DNA of 64,000 nt from Synechococcus sp. (GTDB lineage: Bacteria; Cyanobacteriota; Cyanobacteriia; PCC-6307; Cyanobiaceae), in contig JBJBDC010000001.1 of assembly GCA_047285535.1 (NCBI GenBank), positions 2,944,136 through 3,008,135 of the forward strand, read 5' to 3'. Positions 50,555 through 64,000 of the stretch are shown here, piece by piece. Both the position numbers and the translations under genes were made by a program. Position 1 is the stretch's first letter; every line of letters starts with the position of its first letter. The notes under the pieces are model-generated. The model made no database searches. It was not told where the DNA came from and saw nothing but the letters and a program-made list of their open reading frames with translations.

Positions 50555-51360
50555 ATGAATGGTGTTGTCTTGCTGTTCAGTGGAGTGAGGCTGAAGAGAC
50601 TTTGGATGCAAGTGAGTCTTCGTCGCACTCCATTTCAGGCAGCTGGAATCAGTTCGAGTCGGAGGGCTACAAGACGTCACGTTGAGTTGTTGTCGGCGCC
50701 GCCTTCTGTGCTGAAGTCTGTGGCTTTGGTTCGACAACAGAGCAAGTTAGGCCGTTCGCTCAAGCGGGGTGGTGATATTGCTTTTTCACTTTTGGTTCTA
50801 GGCCTTGGATCTCCTGTTTTTGTGCTGATTGCCTTTTTGGTTGCTTTGAGCTCCCCTGGTCCTGTTTTTTACACTCAACAGCGGGTTGGACGGGGCTATC
50901 GCAGATTTGGTTGCATCAAATTTCGAACCATGCGGGTCGATGCAGATGCCGTCCTTCAACGAGTCTTGTCTAAGTCTCCAGAGTTGCGTGCAGAATATGA
51001 GCGGGATTTCAAACTTCGCCAAGACCCTCGAATTACCCCAATCGGTCGATTCCTGCGTCGATCAAGTCTGGACGAACTTCCTCAGTTCTTCAATGTTTTG
51101 CAGGGTGAAATGAGTGTTGTAGGACCTCGTCCGATTGTGAATAAAGAGATTCAGCGTTATGGCCCCTATATGGATGAAGTCTTGGCTGTTCGCCCTGGAC
51201 TCACCGGGTTGTGGCAGGTGAGCGGTAGGAATAATCTGAGCTATGACAAGCGGGTGAAACTTGATCTGGCCTACTCGAGAGGGCGTTCATTTATTCTTGA
51301 TTTGGCCATTATTTTGCGCACGTTTGGTGTGTTGCTGCTGCCTATGGATCGTGGTGCTTA

Positions 51361-51364
<4 letters not shown>
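50555..51364 (+). CDS. Bacterial sugar transferase (priming phosphoglycosyltransferase, WcaJ/WbaP C-domain)
   Basis: KFRTM, DPRITPIGRFLRRSSLDELPQ, GEMSVVGPRP, RPGLTGLWQVSGR; start uncertain. Confidence 0.93.
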
Positions 51365-53378
<2,014 letters not shown>

Positions 53379-53401
53379 TTACGGATGGGCCGGATCGACC
53401 C

Positions 53402-54004
53402 TCAGGCCTCGTTGGGATGAGAAATCACCCGATCGATTAAGCCATAATCTTTCGCTTCTTCTGCACTCAGGAAATAATCGCGGTCGGTATCTTTTTCAAT
53501 TTTTTCATAGCTTTGTCCGGTCATGTCAGACATGGAGCGGTTGAGCATTTCCTTCATCCGCAAAATTTCCTTCGCTTCGATCTCAATATCGCTTGCCTGG
53601 CGTTTTGCAGTGCCTCCCATCGGCTGGTGGATCATGATCCGGCTGTGGGGCAGGGCTAAGCGCTTGCCTTTGGTCCCTGCCGTCAGCAAGAAAGCACCCA
53701 TGGAAGCGGCGAGTCCAACACAGATGGTCACGACGTCACTTTTGACATATTGCATGGTGTCGTAGATCGCCAAACCAGCGGTCACTGATCCACCCGGGGA
53801 GTTGATGTAGAGATAAATCGGTTTGCTGCTGTCTTCCGAATCCAGATAAAGCATCTGGGCCACAAGGCTGTTGGCGACTCCATCATTCACTTCCTGGCCG
53901 AGAAATAAAATTCTTTCGACTCCGAGACGGGTGTAGATGTCGACCCACCTCTCCATTTGGCTTCCAGGAAGGCGGTAGGGAACGCTGGGGGTACCGATCG
54001 GCAT
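53402..54004 (-). CDS. clpP: ATP-dependent Clp protease proteolytic subunit (ClpP3-type)
   Basis: [16 protein letters not shown] catalytic Ser, RIMIHQP. Confidence 0.97.
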   Translation of the reverse strand: MPIGTPSVPYRLPGSQMERWVDIYTRLGVERILFLGQEVNDGVANSLVAQMLYLDSEDSSKPIYLYINSPGGSVTAGLAIYDTMQYVKSDVVTICVGLAASMGAFLLTAGTKGKRLALPHSRIMIHQPMGGTAKRQASDIEIEAKEILRMKEMLNRSMSDMTGQSYEKIEKDTDRDYFLSAEEAKDYGLIDRVISHPNEA

Positions 54005-54097
54005 AGGTTGTTAGGAGAGAAGTGCAATGAAAAAGGTGAGGCTGTTCATCACTCGTGATTGTGAACAACCTTTGGCTGACGAAGCAGCGAGGATGAA

Positions 54098-54763
54098 TTA
54101 ACTCACGTCTGCAGCTAACTCCTTGCGGCTCTTCAAGACCCTGTCAATGAGCCCGTAGCTCACCGCATCCTCAGGCGTTAAGTAACTCATCCTGTCCGAG
54201 TCTTCGGAAAGCTCTTCAACGCTGCGCCCAGTGTTCTCCGAGAGGATTTCAAGCATGGCCCGTTTGTTGTGCAACACCTCCTTGGCACGGATCTGAATGT
54301 CTGTTGCCTGACCCCGCGCTCCACTGCGGGGCTGATGCAAAACAATCGAGGAATGGGGTAAGGCTGCTCTCTGACCTTTTGTACCTGCCGAGAGGATGAC
54401 GGCAGCTGTTCCCATCGCCTGACCTATACAAATGGTGTGCACGGGGGGCTTCACATAGCGAAGCGTGTCGCAGATAGCAAAAGCTTCAGTTTCAAAGCCA
54501 ATGGACTCGCCTGAATACCAACTGGTTCCAGTGGAGTTGATATAGAAATAAATGGGCTTATCTGGATTGTCGAATTCCAAAAACAGCAGTTGGGCAATGA
54601 TCAGCTCGGTGACGTCAAGTCCGAGCTGCCGCTTGGTGTCTCCATCGGAGAACAGGGGGAGACCCAAATAGACAATTCTCTCTTTCAGCATTAATGAGGG
54701 CAAATCGGGCGGTGGAGTGCGCATCACGCCCGTGTCGCCGTAATAAGGCGCTGATGTGGTCAT
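54098..54763 (-). CDS. clpR: Non-catalytic Clp subunit ClpR
   Basis: PPPDLPSLMLKERIVYLG; GQAMG lacks the catalytic Ser. Confidence 0.93.
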   Translation of the reverse strand: MTTSAPYYGDTGVMRTPPPDLPSLMLKERIVYLGLPLFSDGDTKRQLGLDVTELIIAQLLFLEFDNPDKPIYFYINSTGTSWYSGESIGFETEAFAICDTLRYVKPPVHTICIGQAMGTAAVILSAGTKGQRAALPHSSIVLHQPRSGARGQATDIQIRAKEVLHNKRAMLEILSENTGRSVEELSEDSDRMSYLTPEDAVSYGLIDRVLKSRKELAADVS

Positions 54764-54802
54764 TCGTCTAATGAGCCCTGTCGTAGAGGGAGCCTAGCGG
54801 GG

Positions 54803-55951
54803 TCAAGTGGATGGCTGCTCCTTCGGGGTGTCAGTACGAGGAGACTTGGTCTTGCTGCTCTTGCTACTTCGAGTGTTCCGTTGGCCATTTTTGTCGCGAC
54901 GAGCAAACACCATGCGCCCTGTTGGGGTCTGTAAAGCTCCAGTGACGACGACGGGTTGTCGAGATCCGATCCATGAGCGTCCTTCTTCGACGACCACCAT
55001 TGTTCCGTCTTCGAGATAGCCCACTCCTTGGCTTTCTTCTTTGCCTTCTCGCACGATTTTGAGTAGCAGCTCATCACCGGGTTGAACCTCTGGGCGCAGG
55101 GCGATCACCAATTCGCTCAGATTCATCACTTTGATTTCCTTGACCTCCGCAACCTGGGCCAAGTTGAAATCAGCGGTCACGAGTGTTCCGCCGGTGTCTG
55201 CGGCAAGACGCAGGAGCCGATCATCGGTTCCAGGTCCCTCGTAACGGGTGCTGTTAATGACCAGTCGTCGTCCATAGGTGTCGCGCAGATCTCGTAAAAG
55301 CTTGAGTCCACGGCGGCCTTTCGCTCGCTTCTCCAAATTGGAAGAGTCAGCCAGCTTTTGCATTTCGTCGATCACTGTTTGAGCGACAATCGCCTGGCCT
55401 TCCAGCAGACCGCAGGCCATCATTCCGCGAATGCGTCCATCAATGATCACGCTGGTATCAAGGATTTTGGGTGTGGCCGGTGTGAGCACACCATCCGCCA
55501 CCAGCAAGGCTTCTGTGCTTGTCGGGTTGAAAAGGCGCAGAAGAGTGCGTCCGTGCACCTCGGCAAGGTTGTAACCAAGCACTCCAAAAAACACATTGCT
55601 GAGAACTGCGGACAGAGGTTTGACCAGCGTCACCCCGCCGCTCAGCGGCAGCAGCAGGATGGGTGCAAGCAATAAGTTCGCGACCAACAAACCAAGAATC
55701 AAGCCCACCGATCGGCTGATCAGTAAATCGGTGGGCATCGTGCGGACCTGCTGCATGAGTTGCAGGCGCAGACGTTTAAACACAAGACCGGCAAGCGCAC
55801 CAACCCCGGTGCCGATGCCGGTGAGCACGAGCCGAACAGGTTGGACATCAGTGAAATCTTCCAGCATCTCCTGGGGAAGGAGATGAATACCCATCCAGCC
55901 AGTGGCTCCACCGGAGATCAGAAACAGGACCAGGATGAGAACTTCCACCAT
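54803..55951 (-). CDS. PIN/TRAM-domain membrane protein (YacL-like)
   Basis: KILDTSVIIDGRI, TADFNL, GYLEDGTMVVVE, QTPTGRMVFA. Confidence 0.92.
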   Translation of the reverse strand: MVEVLILVLFLISGGATGWMGIHLLPQEMLEDFTDVQPVRLVLTGIGTGVGALAGLVFKRLRLQLMQQVRTMPTDLLISRSVGLILGLLVANLLLAPILLLPLSGGVTLVKPLSAVLSNVFFGVLGYNLAEVHGRTLLRLFNPTSTEALLVADGVLTPATPKILDTSVIIDGRIRGMMACGLLEGQAIVAQTVIDEMQKLADSSNLEKRAKGRRGLKLLRDLRDTYGRRLVINSTRYEGPGTDDRLLRLAADTGGTLVTADFNLAQVAEVKEIKVMNLSELVIALRPEVQPGDELLLKIVREGKEESQGVGYLEDGTMVVVEEGRSWIGSRQPVVVTGALQTPTGRMVFARRDKNGQRNTRSSKSSKTKSPRTDTPKEQPST

Positions 55952-56022
55952 GGCGATAAGTCGTGGCCGTTCATTCCGTGTCTTGGCAGCATGCCCCATC
56001 TTCCGTTGCTCTGCCTGTTCAG

Positions 56023-57261
56023 ATGACCGGATCTGCACCTCGCAGCGCCTATCTCCATATTCCCTTTTGCCATCGGCGATGCTTCTACTGCGATTTCGCT
56101 GTTGTACCTCTTGGTGATCGTGCCGATGCTTTTGGAGGGGCAGGTAGCGCCTCGATCGAGGCCTATTTGGAGCAACTCAAGGCAGAAATAGCCCTCTCTC
56201 CGAAAGGCCCTGCCCTGGCCACCATTTATGTGGGTGGAGGCACACCATCGCTCCTTCGGCCCGATCAAATCGCTGCCTTGCTGCAGCAGCTCCGAACTCA
56301 TTTCGGAGTCCAGAGCGGTGCCGAAATAACGCTGGAAATGGATCCCGCGACATTTAACTCTGCAGATCTTCAAGCCCTCATCAGTGCTGGTGTCACACGA
56401 GTGAGTCTGGGAGGCCAGAGTTTTGATGACGTCAGGCTTGCCGCTATCGGCCGGCGTCATCGAAGGCAGGATGTGCTTGAAGCGTGCCATTGGCTGCAAA
56501 TGGCGCTCCAGCTTGGAGAGTTGAGCAGCTGGAGCTTGGACTTGATCCGAAACCTCCCGGAACAAGATGATCAGGAATGGGAGGCGCAGCTGGAGCAGGC
56601 CGTTGCTTTGGACGTCCCCCATCTGTCGATCTACGACCTCAGTGTGGAGCCAGGCACCGTTTTTGCTTGGCGAGCAAAGCGAGGTGAACTGGTCCTGCCG
56701 GAGGAAGAGGCTGCAGCCGATCGCATTGCCTTGACCACCGGCAGGCTCCGACGTGCTGGCTATTGCCGGTATGAAATCTCAAATTTTGCTAGGCCCGGGC
56801 ACGCGTCTAGACACAACCGCGTGTACTGGAGTGGTGCTGGATGGTGGGCTTTTGGGCTTGGGGCTACCAGTGCTCCCTGGGGGGAGCGTCTGGCTCGCCC
56901 CCGAACCCGGGAGAGCTATGGCTCATGGCTGAAGGAGCAGCACGTTCAGCTTGATTCCAGCTTGCTCCAGGATGCCGCGGCCAGCATGCCGCTTGATGAT
57001 CGTCTCCTCGTAGGACTTCGTTGTCATGAGGGCGTGGATCTGTTGGATCTTGCAAGATGCTGCGGCTGGAATGAATGGCGCTGCAGCCGTGATTTGCCTG
57101 GACTGGAAGCACGTTGGCAATCGTATGTGGCTCAAGGCCTGATGGAGCGCTTCGGTCGCCGCTGGCGCTTAAGCGATCCCAATGGCATGGCTCTTAGTAA
57201 TCAGATTCTTGTGGAGGTTGTGGAGTGGTGGGAGTCACTCCCTGATCCCGTTGATCCTTAA
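56023..57261 (+). CDS. hemW: Radical SAM heme chaperone HemW (HemN-like)
   Basis: [34 protein letters not shown]. Confidence 0.93.
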   Translation: MTGSAPRSAYLHIPFCHRRCFYCDFAVVPLGDRADAFGGAGSASIEAYLEQLKAEIALSPKGPALATIYVGGGTPSLLRPDQIAALLQQLRTHFGVQSGAEITLEMDPATFNSADLQALISAGVTRVSLGGQSFDDVRLAAIGRRHRRQDVLEACHWLQMALQLGELSSWSLDLIRNLPEQDDQEWEAQLEQAVALDVPHLSIYDLSVEPGTVFAWRAKRGELVLPEEEAAADRIALTTGRLRRAGYCRYEISNFARPGHASRHNRVYWSGAGWWAFGLGATSAPWGERLARPRTRESYGSWLKEQHVQLDSSLLQDAAASMPLDDRLLVGLRCHEGVDLLDLARCCGWNEWRCSRDLPGLEARWQSYVAQGLMERFGRRWRLSDPNGMALSNQILVEVVEWWESLPDPVDP

Positions 57262-58012
57262 GCCAACTTTTTAAGGCGGTGATGCTGAGTGCACGACCTT
57301 GCATTCGAGCTGAAGTGAATGGCGGCTGGGTTGGCGTTAAGCCCAAGAGATCAGCGGTCACGCTGACCTGTCCGTCGCAATCGCTTCCCGCACCGATACC
57401 GATGATCGGGATCGACAGGCTGCGACGCAGGTGTCCAGCAAGTTCGGAGGGCACATGCTCAACAACAAGAGCGAAACAACCGGCGTCTTGTAAGGCTTGC
57501 GCTTGCCGCTGCAGTTTGTCTTGGCTTCGTGGATCTTCGGCTTGTCGTTTGTACCCGAGTCGATGCACCGCCTGAGGTGTGAGTCCGAGATGTCCCATCA
57601 CAGGAATCCCTAAGCGCACCAGCCGATCGACCACTGCGATCACCTCTGGCTCACCACTTTCAATTTTGACTGCTGCAGCATCCGACTCTTTGAGGATGGT
57701 GCCCGCAGCTGCGACGGCGCGATCGATGCCGCAGTGATAACTCAGAAACGGCAGATCACACACCACAAGAGGTTGCTGCGTAAGCGGTTTGGAAAGGCCA
57801 CGGCATACGGCCTGGCTGTGATGGAGCATTTGTTCAAGGGTCACCGGCAGGGTGGTGGAATGACCCAGTGCCACCATCGCGAGCGAATCACCGACCAGGA
57901 CGACGTCGGCTCCTGCTTCCTCCACCAAAGCAGCGCTAAGGCCATCCCATGCTGTGAGCATGGTGATCGCTCGTCCTGATTGCTTGAAGTGAATCAATTC
58001 AGCTGGGCGCAT
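57194..58012 (-). CDS. panB: 3-methyl-2-oxobutanoate hydroxymethyltransferase
   Basis: [32 protein letters not shown]. Confidence 0.97.
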   Translation of the reverse strand: MRPAELIHFKQSGRAITMLTAWDGLSAALVEEAGADVVLVGDSLAMVALGHSTTLPVTLEQMLHHSQAVCRGLSKPLTQQPLVVCDLPFLSYHCGIDRAVAAAGTILKESDAAAVKIESGEPEVIAVVDRLVRLGIPVMGHLGLTPQAVHRLGYKRQAEDPRSQDKLQRQAQALQDAGCFALVVEHVPSELAGHLRRSLSIPIIGIGAGSDCDGQVSVTADLLGLTPTQPPFTSARMQGRALSITALKSWLKDQRDQGVTPTTPQPPQESDY

Positions 58013-58055
58013 TCGCCCTTCCGCTATCAAAGAGATTCATTGCTAGCATTGCATC

Positions 58056-58151
58056 GATTCGGATCCATGCGGTCCAGACGCCCAAACCTGGTCAGAACCG
58101 GAAGGGAGCAGCCACACGGGATGCTCTGGGCAGGCGTGGACTCCGGGTCAC
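58056..58151 (+). ncRNA. ffs: Signal recognition particle RNA (4.5S)
   Basis: Domain IV GGTCAGAACCGGAAGGGAGCAGCC within a long hairpin between panB and ftsZ. Confidence 0.9.
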
Positions 58152-58158
58152 CAATCGA

Positions 58159-59283
58159 TCAGTTGTTGTTTTGGCGTTGTTGACGCTGACGAAGGAAGTC
58201 AGGAATGCGAGCACCTGCTTCTGGTGTTGTGCTGTTATTGGTTGAAAAATCTGATACTGCGGTTCTGGCCTTGCTTCGGTCCGAACGATAGGGAGTCCCA
58301 TTTTCAAATCCAGTGGCAATCACCGTGACATGAATCTCACCTTCGAGGCTTTCATCGACGACGGCACCCACAATGATGTTGGCCTCTGGATCGACCACGT
58401 CATAAATCACCTCCGAGGCGCTGGTCATATCTTCAAGGGTCATGTCGCGACCGCCGCTGATATTGATCACGCAGCCATTGGCACCATCGATTCGGGCTGC
58501 CTCTAGTAAGGGACTATTGATTGCTGTTTGTGCAGCTTCAATCGCGCGGGATCGGCCGGAACCAACTCCGATGCCAAGCAGAGCTGTGCCTGCTTCTGTC
58601 ATCACAGAGCGGACATCTGCGAAGTCAACATTCACCAGTCCTGGAAGGGTAATGATGTCGCTAATTCCTTTGACACCCATCCTGAGAACGTCATCGGCAC
58701 TGCGGAATGCTTCTTGCAGCGGTGCTCCAGCAATGGCATCACGAAGTCGGTCGTTCGGGATGACGATCAAGGTGTCAACGTGTTCTGCCAGGCGTGCAAT
58801 GCCTTCATCGGCCTGACGCATTCTCCGACGCCCTTCAAAGCTGAATGGTTTCGTGACGATTCCAACGGTGAGGGCTCCGCTTTCCTTGGCAACTTCCGCG
58901 ACGACAGGAGCCGCTCCTGTACCGGTGCCCCCTCCCATCCCTGCAGCAATGAAGACCAGGTCTGCCCCCTGCAGTGCTTGTTGAAGATCCGCGCGTGACT
59001 CTTCAGCCGCTTTTTGGCCAATGCTTGGGTTACCGCCAGCACCAAGACCACGGGTGAGGGTTTGTCCCAACTGAACTCGATTGTCGGCAGCGGACTGAAT
59101 GAGGGCCTGCGCATCGGTGTTTAAAACCCGATAAGCCACGCCTTCCAGATCGCTCAAAATCATGCGGTTTACGGCATTGCTGCCACCGCCACCAACACCG
59201 ATGACTTCAATGCGTGCTGATTGGCTTGGCGAGATACCCTCTTGATTCATTGATGAGGACGTCTCACTGCTCACAATCTCCAT
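58159..59283 (-). CDS. ftsZ: Cell division protein FtsZ
   Basis: [17 protein letters not shown] tubulin motif, C-terminal IPDFL. Confidence 0.99.
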   Translation of the reverse strand: MEIVSSETSSSMNQEGISPSQSARIEVIGVGGGGSNAVNRMILSDLEGVAYRVLNTDAQALIQSAADNRVQLGQTLTRGLGAGGNPSIGQKAAEESRADLQQALQGADLVFIAAGMGGGTGTGAAPVVAEVAKESGALTVGIVTKPFSFEGRRRMRQADEGIARLAEHVDTLIVIPNDRLRDAIAGAPLQEAFRSADDVLRMGVKGISDIITLPGLVNVDFADVRSVMTEAGTALLGIGVGSGRSRAIEAAQTAINSPLLEAARIDGANGCVINISGGRDMTLEDMTSASEVIYDVVDPEANIIVGAVVDESLEGEIHVTVIATGFENGTPYRSDRSKARTAVSDFSTNNSTTPEAGARIPDFLRQRQQRQNNN

Positions 59284-59392
59284 TCCTGGACTAGAACCTT
59301 AGAGACCGCACGCATTATGTCTGTGATGATGGCGTTTGCCGACAACACTGATACAGGAACTTGATTGTCCTGGTCATTTTCGCCCTGCAGTG

Positions 59393-60262
59393 TTAACGAT
59401 CACTGGCCTTGGAAAGCGGGGAAGTCTTAAGTCGTGGTCTCAGTTTCAGCTCTGGTTGACTTGGGTCACTGAGATCTAGACCCGCGTTGGATGCACCACG
59501 TAAGTTGTCGGGAAGGCTTTGATTCAATTGCGCAATGGTTTTGAATTGCTGATCCAATAGGGCGTCATTGGATCCCAGGTAAACAAGGCCAAGCGACTCA
59601 ATGCGCAAGCTGATTCCACCAGCGGGCTCGACTAAAATTGCCTTGAGTGGTAGGCCCAGTTTCTCTCGTTGTTGAAGGACATGGGCAATGATTGCGCGCC
59701 GACTCGAAATCCAGCCTTCGACTTTCACCGAGCTTGCAGGTTTTTCTCCTTGCTGGGCCATGGTCATCGACATCCATTGACCCTCTCGATCCACCATGCC
59801 CTTTTCGACCCCCTTCGGACCAACGCGCGTGGCAGCAGCCATTGGCCTGCGTTCAACGATGGTGATGTTTAATCCGGGGGGCAGAAGACGCCTCTGAACT
59901 GAAGCCTCCTGCACTGGAAGCTCCTGCCTCAATTTGGCTTCGATCTTGCGAGGTTCAAGTTTTAAAAGGGAGTGTGGAAATGTCAGGCCTGCTGCATTCA
60001 CAACCACCTTTTGCCCCATTCTCTGGCTGCCGCTGATTTGAATTTGTTGCTCGGAGCGCAGGTTCCATCCCAGCGTCAGCAGCAGCCAGCCCAATCCAGC
60101 GGCTGATGTCGAGAAAAAAAGAAGTCGCCAGACTTGGATCAAGCGTTCTTTTCTTCGCTCTTGCCGCAGCCTTCTACGCCGTTCGACCCCAGGGGAGAGT
60201 GGGGTTTGGCTTTTGCGCTTGCCGAGCTTGAAGCCTTTATTGCGGGATGCTTCAGAACTCAC
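59393..60262 (-). CDS. ftsQ: Cell division protein FtsQ
   Basis: Single TM, POTRA-like region, upstream of ftsZ, LDLSDP. Confidence 0.88.
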   Translation of the reverse strand: MSSEASRNKGFKLGKRKSQTPLSPGVERRRRLRQERRKERLIQVWRLLFFSTSAAGLGWLLLTLGWNLRSEQQIQISGSQRMGQKVVVNAAGLTFPHSLLKLEPRKIEAKLRQELPVQEASVQRRLLPPGLNITIVERRPMAAATRVGPKGVEKGMVDREGQWMSMTMAQQGEKPASSVKVEGWISSRRAIIAHVLQQREKLGLPLKAILVEPAGGISLRIESLGLVYLGSNDALLDQQFKTIAQLNQSLPDNLRGASNAGLDLSDPSQPELKLRPRLKTSPLSKASDR

Positions 60263-60669
60263 AAGTCGCAGCGTGCACGAGACATCAACTGATCCATCCA
60301 GCGGCGGGCGCGATCGGCATCGGAAAAAGGCACGTCTAGCTGTTGTCCGTTGCCAATGAGTCTGAGTCGGCAGCGACCTTGAGATTCATTCGCTAACGGC
60401 GCCTCTCCCGAAGCTAAGGCCATTAATTCAACCAATTCCAAACCTTTAATGACAAAATGGCCCTCATCTTGAAACGACCCTGCTCTAAAGCTGCACCAAC
60501 GCAGTTCTCCGTCTTTGAGCAGTGCTGCACCGCAGCCGTCTAATTTCGCTATCTCAGAGCCATCGCTCCAGGCGCGAAAGAGGTTTTGGCGTCTGCGTTC
60601 GAGCCATCCCAGTGCTACGAGCAGCACAAAGGCGAGGAGGAGCGGAACCCAGAGCAGACCTTCAATCAT
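60259..60669 (-). CDS. Conserved hypothetical membrane protein
   Basis: N-terminal TM; overlaps the ftsQ start in the ddl-ftsQ-ftsZ run. Confidence 0.8.
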   Translation of the reverse strand: MIEGLLWVPLLLAFVLLVALGWLERRRQNLFRAWSDGSEIAKLDGCGAALLKDGELRWCSFRAGSFQDEGHFVIKGLELVELMALASGEAPLANESQGRCRLRLIGNGQQLDVPFSDADRARRWMDQLMSRARCDL

Positions 60670-60688
60670 CGCGAGTCTGGAAGCTGCA

Positions 60689-61750
60689 TCATTCTTGCGC
60701 CGTCTGGACCAGCTGGGCCACTAGATCGGGTAAAGCGATACCACTGGCATCCCAGAGCATGGGATACATGCTTTGGGATGTGAAGCCTGGCAAGGTATTG
60801 ATCTCGTTCAGCCAGATCTTTTCCTTGATCTCATCATAAAAAACATCCACCCTCGCCAGCCCAACCGCGTGAACAGCGCTGCAGGCTTGCAACGCCATGT
60901 CCTGAATCCGAGCGCTGACCTTGGATGAGAGCGGGGCTGGGATCAGCGTGTAGCTATGTCCATCGCTGTATTTGGTCTGATAGTCATACCAGTCGGCGTC
61001 AAATCGAATTTCGCCAACAACAGAGGCTTTGAGCTGCGCCCCTCCGAGTACGGCGCATTCCAACTCCCTGGCGGAAACGCCTTGTTCCACAACCAGGCGG
61101 GTGTCATGGGTTGCAGCAGATCTCAAACCCTCGAGCAATTCCTCTCGGGTACGGACCTTGCTGATGCCAACCGATGAGCCCATATTGGCCGGTTTTACAA
61201 AACAAGGATATCCCAAATCAGATTCGACTTTGAGGACCAACTCATCACTGTGTTGAGGATGGTTGAGGTCAGAAGCATTCAGGCCTACGTAGGGCACCTG
61301 GGGGAGTCCTGCGGCTGCAAAAGCAGCTTTCATCGCCAGTTTGTCCATCCCCACGGCTGAACCAAGCACACCGGAGCCAACGAATGGCTGCCCCATCATG
61401 GTGAATAAACCCTGAATGGTGCCGTCTTCGCCATTGGGGCCATGAAGAACGGGGAACCAAACATCAATGGTTTCAGCCTCGATCGGCAGGGAGCGGAATC
61501 CTGCTGGAGGTAGGGGGTGGGGCAGACTTTGTTCTGCAAGCGGCTGACCTTGCTCGAGAACTCCTGCAGCAATGTGCTCAGGCCACCAGCGTCCCTGCTG
61601 GTCGATGTAGAGCGGAATCACGACAAAGAGCGTCTTGTTCTGACCCTCGCGAAGGGCCTGGATCACGGTGATTGCCGAGCGAATCGACACGGCATGCTCG
61701 CCGGATGCGCCTCCGAAAACCACGCCAACGCGAACGGGAGAAGAGGGCAT
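60689..61750 (-). CDS. ddl: D-alanine--D-alanine ligase
   Basis: [39 protein letters not shown]. Confidence 0.98.
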   Translation of the reverse strand: MPSSPVRVGVVFGGASGEHAVSIRSAITVIQALREGQNKTLFVVIPLYIDQQGRWWPEHIAAGVLEQGQPLAEQSLPHPLPPAGFRSLPIEAETIDVWFPVLHGPNGEDGTIQGLFTMMGQPFVGSGVLGSAVGMDKLAMKAAFAAAGLPQVPYVGLNASDLNHPQHSDELVLKVESDLGYPCFVKPANMGSSVGISKVRTREELLEGLRSAATHDTRLVVEQGVSARELECAVLGGAQLKASVVGEIRFDADWYDYQTKYSDGHSYTLIPAPLSSKVSARIQDMALQACSAVHAVGLARVDVFYDEIKEKIWLNEINTLPGFTSQSMYPMLWDASGIALPDLVAQLVQTAQE

Positions 61751-61788
61751 GATGCGGCCTTCCCTTTAACAAGCGAACACGAAAGTTA

Positions 61789-63210
61789 TCAGCTGATCAC
61801 AGGTGTGCCAGTCAGGGAGAACGAGCGAACTTCATCGATTTGAACATCCACAAGATCCCCAGCCCGATGGGTTGTTCCATTTGGCGATTGAGCGCAGAAA
61901 AAGGTCAGCCTGTTGGTGCGAGTCCGTCCCATGAGTTGGGATGGGTCCTTGGGGTTGACTCCTTCCGCGAGGACTTGCTCGATGCGTCCCGCATAGCGTG
62001 CATTGCGCTTTTTGGCAGTGGATTCAACAAGAGCGTTGATCTCACGCAAACGAGCTACCTTGACCTCTTCAGACAGCTGGTTGTTCCAGTCTGCGGCTGG
62101 CGTGTTGGGTCTTGGTGAATAGGCAGCAGTGTTCACTTGGTCAAAGCCAATCGCTTCAATTAACGCCAGGGTGCGTCTGTACTGTTCAGCGGTTTCTCCA
62201 GGGAACGCAACGATCACATCAGCGCTGATGGCTGCGTCGGGCATGCGCTCTCGAATGCGATCAATGATTCGGCGGTAGCGTTCAACGGTGTAACCGCGGG
62301 CCATCGTTTTAAGAACTTCGTTATCGCCGCTTTGGAAGGGGATATGAAAGTGTTCGCACACTTTGGGGAGGTCCGCGCAGGCGTCTATCAGCCGTTCGGT
62401 GAAGTACCTGGGATGACTTGTGGCAAATCGAAGTCGTTCGATGCCCTTGACGTCATGAACCTGGCGAAGCAGATCCGTGAGGGTGTGCTGTCGTCTTCCT
62501 TCAGCCGTGATGCCTGGTAGATCGCGGCCATAGGCATCGATGTTCTGGCCCAGCAAGGTGATCTCTTTGAAGCCGCGAGCCGCTAAACCCTCCATCTCCA
62601 GGTGGATCGCCTCAGGCATCCTCGATTGCTCCTTGCCGCGAACAGAGGGCACCACGCAATACGTGCACCGTTCATTGCAGCCGTAGATCACATTCACCCA
62701 GGCGCAGATGCTGCTGTCACGCCTTGCGGTGGTGAGATCTTCGAGAATGTGATGCTCTTCAGTGGCGACCACCTGCTGGCCGGTTTGAACTTGCGTCAGC
62801 AGGGTTTCGAGGCGATTGGCATGCTGTGGCCCCATCACCAGATCCAGCTCTGGCACTCGGCGGAGTAAGGCTTCTCCCTCTTGCTGAGCGACGCAGCCGG
62901 CCACCACCAGGGTGAGATCGGGATTGGTCCGTTTTCGGATGGCTTGGCGCCCCAAGTAGCTGTAAACCTTTTGTTCGGCGTTATCGCGAATGGTGCAGGT
63001 GTTGTAGAGAACCAGATCGGCTTCTAGTTCAGCTTTGGCTTCCTGATAGCCCATGGTTTCAAGGATTCCTGCCATCCGCTCGGAATCGGCCTTGTTCATT
63101 TGGCAGCCAAAGGTGGTGATCCAGTAGCTGCCTCGGTGCCGTCCATCAATGATTGAGGAGGCAGAACCGGTCTTGGTGAGACTGGTATTGGCGGGACTGG
63201 AGAGAGCCAA
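61789..63210 (-). CDS. miaB: tRNA-2-methylthio-N6-dimethylallyladenosine synthase
   Basis: [25 protein letters not shown] domain; start uncertain (TTG 63210 chosen, ORF open to 63474). Confidence 0.96.
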   Translation of the reverse strand: MALSSPANTSLTKTGSASSIIDGRHRGSYWITTFGCQMNKADSERMAGILETMGYQEAKAELEADLVLYNTCTIRDNAEQKVYSYLGRQAIRKRTNPDLTLVVAGCVAQQEGEALLRRVPELDLVMGPQHANRLETLLTQVQTGQQVVATEEHHILEDLTTARRDSSICAWVNVIYGCNERCTYCVVPSVRGKEQSRMPEAIHLEMEGLAARGFKEITLLGQNIDAYGRDLPGITAEGRRQHTLTDLLRQVHDVKGIERLRFATSHPRYFTERLIDACADLPKVCEHFHIPFQSGDNEVLKTMARGYTVERYRRIIDRIRERMPDAAISADVIVAFPGETAEQYRRTLALIEAIGFDQVNTAAYSPRPNTPAADWNNQLSEEVKVARLREINALVESTAKKRNARYAGRIEQVLAEGVNPKDPSQLMGRTRTNRLTFFCAQSPNGTTHRAGDLVDVQIDEVRSFSLTGTPVIS

Positions 63211-63307
63211 GGCGGGTGGCGATCCTGGAGACCGACGACGGGGAAATCTTCTTTCAGTTTGAGACACCGTCAGCCTGTGCCAACTTGGGGATTGGAGTCT
63301 TAGGACG

Positions 63308-64000
63308 ATGGGCTGGTCTCTCCGGCACTTTCCTCTCACCAAAGCGGTTCCGCTCGCGATCAGCAGGGGAACCACTGCCCACGTGGAGCATCTCGAACTC
63401 ACATACAGCCTGGACGGCTGCATCGGTCGAGGGGAAACAGGTGGCTTTGATACTGGGCATCGTGCCTTTAGCACCGATCAACTGGCCCTGGAACTCAAGG
63501 CATTGATGCCAAAACTCGGCGATGTCGACCCCGCCGATCGCCAGCGCCTTGCCCCCTTGCTGCAGTCCCTATCTCCCCCCGCCCGTTGTGCGGTGGATTT
63601 GGCTCTTTGGGACTGGTGGGGGCAACGGCTCGGTCAGCCGGTTTGGCGTTTGTTTGGCCTCGATGGAAGCCGCAGCATTGCCACTAGCGTGACCTTGGGT
63701 CTGGGTTCCGTGGATGAGGTTCTCAGTCGGTTACAGCGTTGGTGGCGACAGCTGCCTGCAACGCGCATCAAGTTAAAACTTGGCAGCACCGAGGGCTGTG
63801 ATCACGATCGGACCGTTCTGGCGGCGGTTTCCCAGGTCTTGCAGGAGCATCAGCAGGAGCATCAGCAAGCTCTTGAACTTCAAGTTGATGCGAATGGTGG
63901 CTGGAGCCTTGAGGAGTCAAAGGCCATGCAGGTTTCACTGCAGAAGGCTGGGGTAGTGCTGCTCGAGCAGCCCATGCCGGCAGTGCTCGATCCAGATCAA
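63308..64000 (+). CDS. Dipeptide (L-Ala-D/L-Glu) epimerase, enolase superfamily; truncated by window edge
   Basis: [22 protein letters not shown]...RIKLKLG...VDANGGW...LEQP. Confidence 0.85.
   Translation, partial: MGWSLRHFPLTKAVPLAISRGTTAHVEHLELTYSLDGCIGRGETGGFDTGHRAFSTDQLALELKALMPKLGDVDPADRQRLAPLLQSLSPPARCAVDLALWDWWGQRLGQPVWRLFGLDGSRSIATSVTLGLGSVDEVLSRLQRWWRQLPATRIKLKLGSTEGCDHDRTVLAAVSQVLQEHQQEHQQALELQVDANGGWSLEESKAMQVSLQKAGVVLLEQPMPAVLDPDQ

Noticed and set aside
55918..56622. 234-aa antisense ORF
   Set aside because: Shadow of hemW
63211..63474. Long N-terminal extension of MiaB in the ORF track
   Set aside because: It overlaps the divergent epimerase gene starting at 63308; the true start is downstream

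Overview
The window looks like a marine picocyanobacterial (Synechococcus-type) chromosome segment. Conserved core blocks are nfuA-mqo-lepA; dppC-trmH-rsmB-PBP1A-chlG-petP-hisF-ubiE; glyQ-comEC-tRNA-Ser; and cbiB-ilvC-clpP-clpR-PIN/TRAM-hemW-panB-ffs-ftsZ-ftsQ-ddl-miaB. Four accessory regions interrupt them. (1) About 4.5-14.7 kb: an AT-rich, partly decayed island with a 420-aa orphan, a metallothionein variant, a small BspA-type LRR protein, a very GC-rich esterase and a solo sbtA. (2) About 15-26.9 kb: a type IV pilin locus with a major pilin, two oppositely oriented minor-pilin sets, two histidine kinases and one OmpR regulator. (3) About 36.7-40.5 kb: a small AT-rich insert with an FkbM methyltransferase. 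(4) About 43.7-50.1 kb: an island after tRNA-Ser(CGA). The best candidate for an undescribed system is in region 4. It is a four-gene cassette with two paralogous chaperone-usher-type pilin-like subunits, a small chaperone-like protein and, in place of an usher, a 176-aa secreted beta-hairpin/helical protein resembling a single TolC-family repeat. An AraC regulator and a beta-barrel gene follow it. All calls come from motif recognition by eye; no database searches were run.
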